In this document: positions 39,133 to 50,766 of the stretch, in pieces
How positions within the stretch are numbered: the stretch's first letter is position 1
Layout of the letters: the number at the start of each line of letters is the position of its first letter
DNA from: Eledone cirrhosa
Lineage: Eukaryota
DNA length: 64,000 bases
Direction: 5' to 3'
NCBI GenBank assembly: GCA_964016885.1
Contig: OZ024745.1
Coordinates: forward strand, 52,824,001 to 52,888,000
Notes under the pieces: model-generated
Database searches by the model: none
What the model saw: the letters and a program-made list of their open reading frames with translations, nothing else
Told to the model about the DNA's origin: nothing
Program-made: the position numbers and the translations under genes

Positions 39133-39329
39133 TACATACATATATACATACATACATACATGATGATGACTGCCCCCTCGTTATAGAGTATGGCCATTGA
39201 CGATATACCATTATTAATAATTATTAATTAATGATATCGTGCCTGTGCGTGAAGGTATTTTTTAAAGTGAGGAAATAATGTGCACAGAGCCAATCCCACC
39301 CTCTGAGCAACAGTAGCTATAACACGAAA

Positions 39330-39510
39330 AGAAGAAAGGATCAACATCATCGGTAACTACTGAGCCGCGGGTTTTATATCGGAGTTATCCCATTTTCCTG
39401 AGTTGCCTTCTCCTAGAAGAATGCCTTGACAAAGGCTAGAAGTTCTCCACTCCCAGTGGTTCAACAGCGCGTTCGGGTGTCCAGCCCGACTATTTCTATG
39501 TCCCCGCGCA
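39330..39510 (+). mobile_element. Probable LINE (RTE-like) 3' end; related inverted copy at 40340-40750
   Basis: TCAACATCAT..., TTATATC.GA and CTCCTAGAA...TGCCTTGACAAAGGCTA are shared by both copies, each ending near (ATAC)n. Confidence 0.45.
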
Positions 39511-39694
39511 TATATATACATACATACATACATACATACATACATACATACATACATACATACATACATACATACTGGTGGTGTATAGGAAAACATTACT
39601 ATATAGAATACGATTATGTATAATAAAATATGGGTAGCCTACCTCTATATCTCTATTTGGTTTCTTGGTGCTACTGCAAATATATATATATACA

Positions 39695-39881
39695 TATAAC
39701 GAAGGAAGTGTGGTAAGGTACCAGATGGACCATAACGCACCAGGGTACTCAATACTTAGGGTTGTAGCGTGGGTAATATGAGAATGTTTAACCCTGACGG
39801 CAGAGCTCAAACCGTTTCGACGGCTAGTCCAGAAATAGCCGTCGAAACGGCTTGAGCTCTGCCGTCGGGGTTAAACATGTT

Positions 39882-39886
<5 letters not shown>
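39695..39886. mobile_element. Second inverted pair of hammerhead 3' halves (tail on the left)
   Basis: AACCCTGACGGCAGAGCTCAAACCGTTTCGACGGCTA-GTCCAGAAA-TAGCCGTCGAAACGGCTTGAGCTCTGCCGTCGGGGTT. The tail matches 28760-28822 in reverse. (TA)n on both sides. Confidence 0.85.
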
Positions 39887-39922
<36 letters not shown>

Positions 39923-40091
39923 TAAATCTGCGGTAGCTAATGGTCAACTTCCCCCTGGACCTGCGCCTGCGCAGACTAGTGGGGGTGAATTGGTACTCAC
40001 AGGGGAACGGATGAAGAACCCAAAATCACATACTTCGTCCGTTCCCATGTCGATTCAATTTGGATTGCCTCGGAAACATAACCTTATTATG

Positions 40092-40178
40092 TAACAAGCT
40101 GTCTGACGATGTCGCGAGACTGGCGCACAGAACACTGTGGCCACTTTCGCCATTGAAATATATATCACAGCATTGTTA
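40092..40178 (+). ncRNA. Hammerhead-like motif with branched stem II
   Basis: Stem I TAACAA-GCTGT/ACAGC-A-TTGTTA, CTGACGA 40103-40109, inserted GTC-GCGA-GAC hairpin, TGGCG/CGCCA enclosing CACAG-AACA-CTGTG, GAAA 40155-40158, palindromic stem III ATATATAT, AUC cleavage triplet. Confidence 0.75.
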
Positions 40179-41439
40179 TTAAAGGACTTGAACATCTGAA
40201 ACTACTTTGCTTTTCCTTATTCGATATTTACTCCGTCACTCCTATGTGGTTGAGTGCTTGATTTGAATTGCATCAATGTTTACCCTAAGTATATATATAT
40301 GTATGTATGTATGTACGTATGTATGTATGTATATGTATGGGAGAGATGACCCCTTAGCCTTTGTCAAGGCAGAATTCTAGGAGATGGAAAATTCTGATAT
40401 AACACCTGCAACCCTGATGGTATCCAATGATGTTGACTTGTTCTTCTTTTTGGTAAATATCATCTTGGTTAAGAGAGTGGGACTGGCTTTGTGCAGTGCC
40501 TTTGCTCACTATAACAGCTTTACGGCACAGGCATTGCTTTATATCTGGAGATCTCTCTGCACTTGTCGTCACATGGTACCATGGGTCCAGCACTATGTGT
40601 CAATAATTGTCACAAGTGTAGTGTTTGTACCAGAGTTTTCAAGTCGCTGGCTGGACTAAACAGTCACACTCGTTCAGTGCATCGGCAGGGGTTCTCCTAC
40701 ATGGATATAAAGTAGTGGCCGTACTCGAAAACGAGTTGGCAGCCACCATATGTATGTATGTATATATGTATTGTATGTATATATGTATGTATGTACAGGT
40801 GTATGTGTGTGTGTGTGATAGTGTGTATCTTTCTCTTTATTTATATATATATATGTGTGTGTGTATGTATGTATATATATAGAGATATATGTTTGTGGTG
40901 TGCTTGCACCTGGTATTGCTTGTTTTATATTAGTATGTCTATTTTCTCAGACTTTACATATATGTATAATTAAGCATATATATACATCAATGTCACTGGT
41001 TTTGTTAGTCTGTCCGTTTATAATAACACTGGGATATGTTATGGTATACATTTCTATCATTTATTTAATGCTAACAAAATAAATATTATAAATAACTGTC
41101 TAGTTGCCTTGTTGTTGATCTCACTACTTTATATACATAATCTATCTTATTATCATGATTAATTCTTGAATAGGCTTATATTAGAAATGTCTTTCTTGAG
41201 AATGACATAGTTTTTACCTCCGTTTCCCCAGAATTTGCACCCACTGAACAGAGGCTAAAACTGAACCGACTTCTTTCCTTATCATGCATAATCGACTGCT
41301 TTCGTAGATACTCAATTTCAGCTCTGAGGTGCTCAAAGAGGATACGTACTATCCGGTTTGGCAATCAGAATCAGGTCAATATGACATATAAAAACAAGTC
41401 TAGGCTAAGATCATTCCCAAAGCATTATTATTTCCAGTA

Positions 41440-41582
41440 TAGTTACGTCCCTTTACGATCTGAGTTCAAATTTCGCCGAGGTTCACTTTGCCTTTCATCC
41501 TTACGGGGTCGATAAAATAAAGTACCAGTAATGTACTGGGTATTTGCTGGCCTTGTGCCAAAAGTAGAAACAATTATTATTA
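41440..41582 (+). mobile_element. tRNA-derived SINE
   Basis: GAGTTCAAATTTCGCCGAGGTTCACTTTGCCTTTCATCCTTACGGGGTCGATAAAATAAAGTACCAG, with (ATT)n tail. Confidence 0.85.
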
Positions 41583-41859
41583 CGAGAATTATTGCGCTGC
41601 ATAAGATATCTTCGGGGATTTTGTTCAGGTCTGTTCGAGGAAAAAAAGCTCAAAATCGATATATGTTAATTAAATTTGACACAATGTTTTGATCTATTGT
41701 TTGTATGTTCGATGAATATACTTAAAATGATATTATAATAAAAAAAAACATTACTTTTAATTCTATAATTCATTCCTTGTTCATATGTGCATTCATGTGT
41801 GAGATGTGTGAGTAGAGGTAGCATATGTTACTTAAAGGTAAGGAGGGCTTAAATATAAA

Positions 41860-44148
41860 GCTGGTGTCGTCAGGGAGGATATTGCACCTAACGCAAATAC
41901 CTACATTCAAGGATATGTGTGGCTTCCTAACTGTCCTCTTAACAACACAGTGGTGTGCATGAGAGGGTATGCATTCTACAAGTTTACATATAAACAGTGT
42001 AGTTCCTCGTACATCAGAAGTAACGTTCGGATGCTGGATAAACTAATCAAGGAGCATATGACAAATGCCGCAGCCAAGGCATTGAGACCACCATAGCGGC
42101 GGTGGAATGGAATGTGGGAAATTTACGAATCAAAGAAACAATTATTATAAACCTGAGAAAGCCAGAAATAAATAAAGTTTTAGAAATGCACGAAGTAGAT
42201 GGCTACAATGCAGCTCCACGCATTCGTATTTTGACACTTAGATCATTTAGGGAAGGACACATCGACCGTTCGTTTTATTCTGAACCCTTTTCGTTTGTAC
42301 ATTTGAAAAGTAGGTGAAGCCCTGAAGGTTGAAATATACTGGGTAAAAACATGACTTCATTTAGTTTTATTTGTCATTGTTTACCGTTTGTATTTTTCTA
42401 CTGCTTTTTAAAACTTAGTCATTTATTACGAAAAGTGGCAGACAAGATTAAGATAATGTAGGGCTTGGTTTTTAAGCTGGAATCGGTTAATAATTTATTC
42501 CCCCTCAACACCTATTAGAAGCTTGTCTGGGGAGGCATCTCTTTGAACAGATTACTGCCTCCTGAGGAGAGGATAAAACGTTATCGATCTCCTTCGATCA
42601 AGAGAAGATATGATATACATGAGCTGTACGTATGCCTGACGACTATCCGCTCGGAGGCTGAAGTCATTAGAACAATTATAACGCTCAAATTTGGATTTCT
42701 TTGGCGGAATTAATTCGGTCTATGTTAAATTCTTTAAATAGAGAAGGTATTCTCTGGCTGACTTGTGTCTGCGTGATGGGCCGGATCACAGAAAAGGCAT
42801 CAAAGCAATAATAATCAGTAAAGATAATCCCATTTTTCCAAAAGTTGAGACATGGTAGATTGCTTTAATTATAGAAGAATCTCCTTGTTAAACCTCCACG
42901 TAAAATGTATGCTAATTGTCTAGCAGTGAGATGTAGGTGTATTTTTTAGTCTACGCTAGGAAACAAGCAATGTGGTTTTCGCATCTGGCGTAACGCAGCC
43001 GGCTAAATGTTCGCTCCATGACAGGTTTTCAGGTGATGGTGTGAATATTCCTAAGAAGTGTATGGTTGTTTTGTGTACCTGGAACGGGCATACGACTGCA
43101 CTCTAAGGGATTGATTTGGAGGATTTTGCTGGAGTATGCTATCTATAGACAGATTCTTGGTCCCTTGAAGTTACTATATATAATGGCCTAATATTTGTAT
43201 TAGAATAAATGGTGCTAAGTCGAAATCATTCAATATCAGAGCTGGACTCCACCAATGGTCTGTCATTTCATCTGCCTTGTTTATTATCTTGATGAACTGA
43301 ATTGATATGATAAGTCAGGTGGGAAAGGCTATCAGGTCTGGTGGGTGTCGGGTCACTCGGCTGGTATTTGCAGACGGCACGCTACTAGTCAACTCTTAAG
43401 GAAGTGATCTCGGACATACACTTGACAGTCTTGATGCCGTGTGCTGCACGGCAGAAATGAAAATCCGTGATGCAACAACTCAAATATTCAAGAAAGCTTG
43501 CGCTGGGTACTCTGCATGTGAGTGACGTTCTGGTGAAGCAGGACGAGGGTATCAAGTATTTCAAGGCCGTTTTCACGACTGATGGAAGAGAGGAGGCTGG
43601 ATTAAATGCAAGGATTTCAGGAGCTATTGCAGTAATGCGCTTGCTTCGCGTCTCTGTCATTATAAGAAGGAAGGTTGGAGTAAAGCCAAGATCCTTATAT
43701 TCCATTTCATGTAGGTGCATACACTTGGCTATCTTCATGAATAATTTGTAATATCCGACTGTATACGATCGAGAATAAAAGGGCCGAAAATTGGGTTCCT
43801 CCGAATGATCTTTATAGTAAGGTTACCAGACATAATGTTTAGGTCGGAGACAAGGAGGACACTTCTTGTAGAACCGCTTCTACTCCAACTTGTTATATAA
43901 CATTTCCGATAAATGTGGTTAGAAATTGTCAGGATGGTAACACTGGAAAATGTTTACCGGCAAAGCCATCGGGCAGAAGACCCAGCGATTGACCAGGAGT
44001 CAGATGGTTTGATATTATCTATAAGCTCGATTGGTTTCGGTTTGCGATCCAGCCAGATCAATTGAAGATGGTTGTTTCTGATAAGACCCTCTCGAAAGCG
44101 TGTATTTCCTTACTTACGGTCCGCCAAAGAAGAAGAAGAAGAAGAAGA
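41860..44148 (+). mobile_element. Old, heavily degraded RTE LINE
   Basis: Residual motifs WNVGNL, GLHQWSVISSALFIILMN, TRLVFAD, IKYFKAVFTTDG and GRRPSD.PGVRW; ends in a (GAA)n tail. Confidence 0.65.
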
Positions 44149-45144
44149 ATACACAATCACTGTTTATTGATCAGTTCCGTATAAACATGGACAGCACCTA
44201 TGTATTGTAACAAATCTGTAATCAAAAATGTAAATGACAATTCAGTAAAACGTGCATGGAATCATGGAAACGACTCGCATAGATTTCGCAAGAAAGAGTA
44301 ATATTTAAAACTGATTTCTTTTATTTCCCTCAAGGACACGTAAAGACGCCCTTATAACAATATCATAACATTCCAAGGACAAATGAAAATAGTTCTATTA
44401 GAAATTATATCTTTTTCATTATTTACTATTGATTTTACATTAAAATATTATCTCACAAATTTAGCTGCCAAACATTTACTCTGTAATTTAGAAAGCCTCC
44501 TTCGAGGAAACGACGCCAGAATATCAAACCTATTATATAAATGAATACAAAAATTAAATAAACGCAAATATTTAATAATAAAACACTATGTTAAAGAAAG
44601 AATAAATAAAATATCGATAGTATAAAATATTTAAGTAAATTAGTTTCTTTGTTTATTATTATATTCAGAGCCAAAAGTTTCTCAGTCGTTACAAACGGGT
44701 TTGTGACTCTTACTCTTCTACGGCGGTGCTTCAGTTAGCAGGGTTATTAGTATCAGGTGTACTGTGACGTATTTCTTTAATGTCAATGCTCTTCTCATCG
44801 TGTTCAAAAGATTCTACCATTTTACTGCACTCTATAAAATAAAACCCAGTCTAATTCTATAAGATATATATTTAATGTTTGTGCAATGTGCAAATACCAC
44901 CGAGGAAAACCATGAGATTCTCTACTTAGGAGTCGCTAAACTTAACATCAAGCTATTGTTAGTTTATTCACCCAAATCAATTAAATCTTTCAACAATAGT
45001 GTTTGGTTCTGATATATTTTCAGAAACCCGTGTTATTAATTAAAAACGTCGTGTTCAAGACTTCCTTCAGTCAACTTTCAGGTTCATTGTTCTGGATAGT
45101 ATTTTCTTTGCGACTGTGTATGTACTTGTTTGTTCATGTAACAA

Positions 45145-45542
45145 TAATTGTTTCTACTTTTGGCACAAGGCCAGCAATTACCCAGTGCATTACTGGTACT
45201 TTATTTTGTCGACTCCGTAAGGATGAATGGCAAAGTTAACCTCGGCGGGATTTGAACTCAGAATGGAAAGGGCCGTAACTATCTGCGTCATAGCATCGCG
45301 TCCGACCCTCTACTGATACTGCCAATCCACCGCCCGATGTTCATGTAACAATAATTGTTTTTACTTTAGGCACAAGGGCAGCAATTGCCCAGTACATTAC
45401 TGGTACTTTATTTTATCGACCCCGTATGGATGAAAGGCAAAATTAACCTTGCCTGGATTTGAACTCAGACCGTAAAGAGACGTAACTATGGTAGAAATCA
45501 TGGCGTCCAACCTTCTACGGATACTGCCAATTCACCGCCTTT
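45145..45542 (-). mobile_element. Two tandem SINE copies sharing a target site
   Basis: SINEs at ~45145-45335 and ~45355-45542. TGTTCATGTAACAATAATTG precedes both, and TTCATGAAACAAT follows the second. Confidence 0.88.
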
Positions 45543-47172
45543 CATGAAACAATCATATCAATTAAGGACCAGAATGCTGTATGAATATTTCGTGGTATTA
45601 CATTGAGTCTTCCTATAATCTGTCTCCGTATTTATATTTCGATGGTCAAAAATTAACTTAAATCTTTACATATTGTTACGAAACAACAATGGTGCGTGAT
45701 TTCCCCGCTTAGCCTCCTATCGTATCAGCTATAGTCCAGTAAATTACACTCTAAAGTCGATGCGAGTGTCAACAATTTTTATAATGCGTTCCTAAATATA
45801 TTTACCTTCCTTTGGCTCCTAGTTTGACATTTTGAACAGGCATGACAAATGAACAAGACCAAGAATGGAATTTTCAGACTTAGCATGATCCATCACACCA
45901 CAGTCTCAACGGTGTGTAGAATGCTGGATGTGAAATACAAGACTTCGACAATCAAAGGACCTATGTAACAAAGCCAGGAATTACAATTGTATTGAAATCC
46001 CTTGCCATTTGAGACACATTATGACCTGTCATGTACCAAGTGTCCAATCAAATACTACATTAAATACAAGAAAAAATACTAACGCAATGTGTTATAGATG
46101 AATTCCAGAGTATGCATTTGGAATTATCTATTTCAAGTTACCCGTTCAGGAATATTGTGAGACCATGTAGCAGAGACAAAACCGATGGATAAAGTCATTA
46201 ATAGCAATGCTCCCTACATAATTTATCTTTAATTGATCCAAATTTGTGTAGATCAATGTATGATTGGACTGATCAAATAGCACACAACTTTGGAATATCA
46301 TGAGTTAGATTTCGACGTCCTACTGGGATATCGGAAAAATAAAATATAGAGGCATTATTTTGAATTAATCAAACTTAGGATTTGTAATATAATTTTGTAA
46401 TACAATTAGTTTTGTAATATAATTCCTTTGTCCCCGGATGGAGTTAAGACTTTTGTGGACACGATAGCAACTGAACTCACAATATAAATAGAATTAATAA
46501 AATACAACAAATTATATTCAACGTCACATTACTTATTCTTCACATTCAGGGTTCATACACATGATGATGATGATGATAAAGATAAAGATAAGAAAGAATA
46601 GTATTGCAAACATAATGGTTGCGTCTGTGATTCTGATTCTGTTCGTATCGTTGTTAGTCGTTGTAATTGAAGGTTAAAAAGTGAACAAAACAAAAATAAT
46701 TTTATTCGCTTATGTTAGTTACCAATTTGTTGTATTTCTCTTTCTTGTTTATTTTCAACAATGGTTTCCTTATTTTATTTTATTCGTTTTTATATTTGTC
46801 GACTTTTAGCTAATAAACAAGGCGTCATTTCGTTAGGAGTGACGAATAAACAATGACAGCTATGTTTTTATCAGTTGACAGATGACTAATGGTTAGGCAA
46901 TTAGAGATAGTTAGATGCTTATACTTGTGACATTACTGAAGGTTTCGTGACGCCAAGCTCATCCTATAAGAATCATAAACTAAATCATTTTCAAATATAT
47001 ATATATATGCTTATGATATGAAACATATATCGCTTCTACTTGGTGTGAAAAATCATTGATAACATTTTGACGACTACATCTCACAAAACCTTCACCAGCA
47101 CCACCATTACCACTACTACTACCAATGATATTAATCATTATTAGTGTTGTTATTTTTATTATTATTATTATT

Positions 47173-48583
47173 GTTCTTTGATTCTCAGTCATTGATGTTA
47201 TTTAACTGGAAAGTTTGTTGAAATGAATATCAAGCCACTACCTACAGCCTCAGATATTCAGGACGTATCGGAGTGTTCTTGCTGTGCCAGCAAGCATGCC
47301 TTTTGAAGTGTTCCAAAAAGCGGGGCGGGACCAACTTTCTTTAACCATCTTTGCAAACTCTTTGAGATAGTCCCTAGTGCGCCTATGACAATCGGGACCA
47401 CTTTGACCTCATGGCAGTTCCAAATCCGTTTTACCTCCCACTTTAAGTCCTGGTATCGGTTAATTTTCTCCCTCTCCTCCTCTTGCACTCTCGTGTTGAA
47501 TGGGCAGGCCTCATACACAATCAGGCACGATCTTTTACCCTTGTCCAAATCCACCAGGTCAGGTATATTGTGTTCCAGTTTCTTGTCCGTCTGTGTCCTA
47601 AAATCCCACAACACCTTCACCTGATCGTTTTCCATCACCCACTCTGGCTTATGCTCATACCACTTCTAAGAATGTGGTAAATTGTTTACTTTGCATAGGT
47701 GCCAGTGGATCACCCTGCCCTTTCACATTATATCTCCAGCCTTTATAGTGAGTCTGGGCTAGCTGTTTACACTCGTATGCAATGTGAGCCACAGTCTCCT
47801 CTCTCTCTCTCCACAAATCCTACACAGTTGGCTAGCCTCCTCCGTGTAAATATGGTGTTTCAGCCACTTCATTTTGAGGGGCTGCTCTTGCACAGCCATT
47901 AGCATTCCTTCTGTAGCCTTTTTCAGGTCTCCTCTTTTCAACCAATTCTATGTCTGTGGATCTCTGAATTCCGTTTTCTCAAAGAAGGTACTATGAAGGG
48001 ATTTTTCATGAAGGCTGCACTTTCTCCTTGTTGTTATTTCATCATTGGACATCTCCTGGTCTATTGTCCTCTCCTTCAGTACAATTCTGAGCATTGGCTC
48101 CCTTCTATCAGGCACGTATTTGTGTAGGTTGTTTTTCTCCATCTGCACACAGTCCTATATGCTAATAAGACCTCTTCCACCTTCAGATCTCCTTAAGTAG
48201 AGTCTATTGACATCACTCCTCTTGTGGAACATGTTGTAGATAGTCAATAGCTTCCTAGTCTCCCTATCCATTTCTTTTTGTTCAGCAACATTCCATCTCA
48301 GAATTCCCGCACTGTACCTAATAATAGACACAGCACAGGAATTTACTGCACTTATGGCACTCCTACTGTTCAGATGTGACTTTAATACGCTCCTTATTCT
48401 CCGAATGTATTCAGATCTTATCAATTCCTTCATTTTTTTTGTTCTTGATGTCATCAGCCTCCAGAACACCCAAATACTTGTATCCTTCTTCAGTGTCAAT
48501 TTCCTTTATCATCTCACCTGTTGGTACCTGGATTCCGTTGCTTCTGCTCAATTTACCCTTCTTCATCACAAGGACTCCACACT
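47173..48583 (-). mobile_element. R4/Dong-type LINE 3' fragment (restriction-like endonuclease)
   Basis: RLYLRRSEGGRGLISI, CRICGE, LWDFRTQTDKKLEHNIPDLV...KINRYQDL...VVPIVIGALG; (TAA)n at both ends. Confidence 0.88.
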
Positions 48584-48820
48584 TATATTATTATTATTAT
48601 TATTATTGGCGACCTACGTAGTAAATCGTATTATCGTGAGCTCCGCAAAGGTTTGTTATTTTCAGTTGTTTAAAATTGCCATTTATGGAAATTTTTTATT
48701 GTTAACTGTATATACGTGCACATACATTGTTTTCTGAAAAGGACACTTAAAAAGATTGGGGCCTTGAGCCCAAAATTTAAACTTCTATAATTATCAAACA
48801 AAGATTTTTCTTTGAAAAAT

Positions 48821-50732
48821 CATGGACGACTCAGGTTTACACCTTCCTCTCAAACTAACACCTCACACCGACACCACAATTGTAAATATTACTACGTTTG
48901 CCAACACTAAAAAATATAAGCAGTAGCAATATTTTAAATTTGTCTCAGGCAGACATTCATTTCCCACCATTACCAATGACTGCAGGTGTTAAAGCCGCCA
49001 ACCCCACTACCACCACAGCGACAACAAAAACAAAAGAAAAAAATAAATTAGCTCGTGATATCGAAATGAATTCAACCAAAATGAACTCTTCCACACTGAA
49101 CACTACTGACGCCACCACGACCACAACTGAAACTAAAATTAACAATAACAAAAATAACGATAACAACAACAACAACAATGAAATTAAGAAAACCACCCTG
49201 AGTTTTGCCAGAGTAGCAAAAAAAGTGCGAAGCATTCCAGGTAACTCAGGAGGAATTAGAAGAAGCCAAAAAAATGGTAAAGAAAGATGGGTATAGGGTC
49301 AGCCTCACCCCCCCCCCCCTTTAATAAAATGGAGCATCGGCGTCTATGCACCGTGTCTTATCGGACGATTAACATAAAATCGCGCCGAGTGGAACGGGCA
49401 TCCGAGTCCCAAATCCAAAAAGGTTGGGACATGTGTGGGCAAAAAAAAACCACATCAGACGTGGGCAGAAATATGGAACCGTGGACGTGTTCTTTGAAAC
49501 ACCACAGGAGGCCAGAAAACACTCCATGGCCCCATTAAGAAGTGACGACTTCACACTCGTACCAATCTATTGTGGCCAGAGACTAGTGAAGATCAGGGTG
49601 ACCCACGTTCCACCGGCCATCGAAATTCCCTGGCTAATAGCTGCCGTCCTCGCCCGCATCGAAGCCAACACCAAGATAATCGAATTAGCGAAAGAAAAGC
49701 AGGAGAACTGGTCCGGATCTGGGATGGAGCTCCTGATCCAAGCGGACCAAAAAAGCATTGAGGAGTTCCCAGAGGTAATTGACCTCACTGACGGCAGCCA
49801 CCTCACCGTAATCGTCTAGGGCAGAAGGCCTAGGTGTGTCGTTTGTGGTGAAGGAACCCACCTAAGAGCTTTCTGCCCTCAGGCTAAAAGGTTGAGGCCA
49901 CCTATCTTACCCACCCCAGTGACTCAACCATCAACACCACCAGCAGGAGAAATGGCAGCAACAACTGTAGCAGCATCAACAGAAGCAACGGTAACAGCAA
50001 CAACCCCAGCAACAGTAACAAAACCAACACCACCACCACCCAACGCGCCAGAACTAGCACCAGCGCCTACACCATCCACCACGCCACAACCAAAACCAAC
50101 GCCCGTGGAGGATTTTGCACTCCCCGACCTATCGCAACTGGAGACAGATTGTGACGACGAGGAGTGGGAACGGTATCAGAAAAAAAGAAAAAAAGAAAAA
50201 AAGAAAAAGAAACCAAAAAAGAAAAAATCCCCTTCCTTCCCCCTCCAAAAACAAAATACAGAGGGAAACAAATAAACTATCAACCAAAAAAGTTAGGACA
50301 GCTATGCCACCATCCACACCAGCATCACCAACCCAATCACCACAAACACCAACACCATCACCATCATTAACCCCAACACCACCATCACGAACACCACAGA
50401 GGTCACCAAAAAGCGAAACAGAAACAAACCCGCAACAAACGCAAACAAAACAAAACAACCAAAACGATACACACTACACATCATTAAATTTGAACAACAA
50501 CCATTTATTACACTACATCAAACACAACACCAGCATCACAGAAAAAGAGTACGCAACAACCCAAAAGTTCACACAGAAAACGTACACGACACTAAAACAA
50601 AAATTCCCCAAAGACATCGAAGACTTCCGACAAGCACTCTCCAGGAGGATTTATAAGGAAATCCTTCCTGAGGAGGCCACAAGCAGTGAAAAGGATGGAG
50701 AAACCGTCCTTCCTCTACGAGAAGTAAGGTAA
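48821..50732 (+). pseudogene. Tx1 ORF1, disrupted
   Basis: N/T-rich N-terminus, RRM-like YGTVDVFFETPQEA...VKIRVTHVPP, knuckle CVVCGEGTHLRAFC, P/T-rich linker. Confidence 0.8.
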
Positions 50733-50766
50733 GTAGTCTTTCCCATCTTTTCCACTCCATTTCAAC

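Noticed and set aside
41860-42660. CTGACGA/CTGAGGA matches at ~41868, ~42562 and ~42636
   Set aside because: No correctly placed stem II-GAAA-stem III; they lie within a degraded RTE.
45680-46330. Faint integrase-like words (LNIFTF, TPQSQRCVE)
   Set aside because: Too degenerate to support without a profile search.
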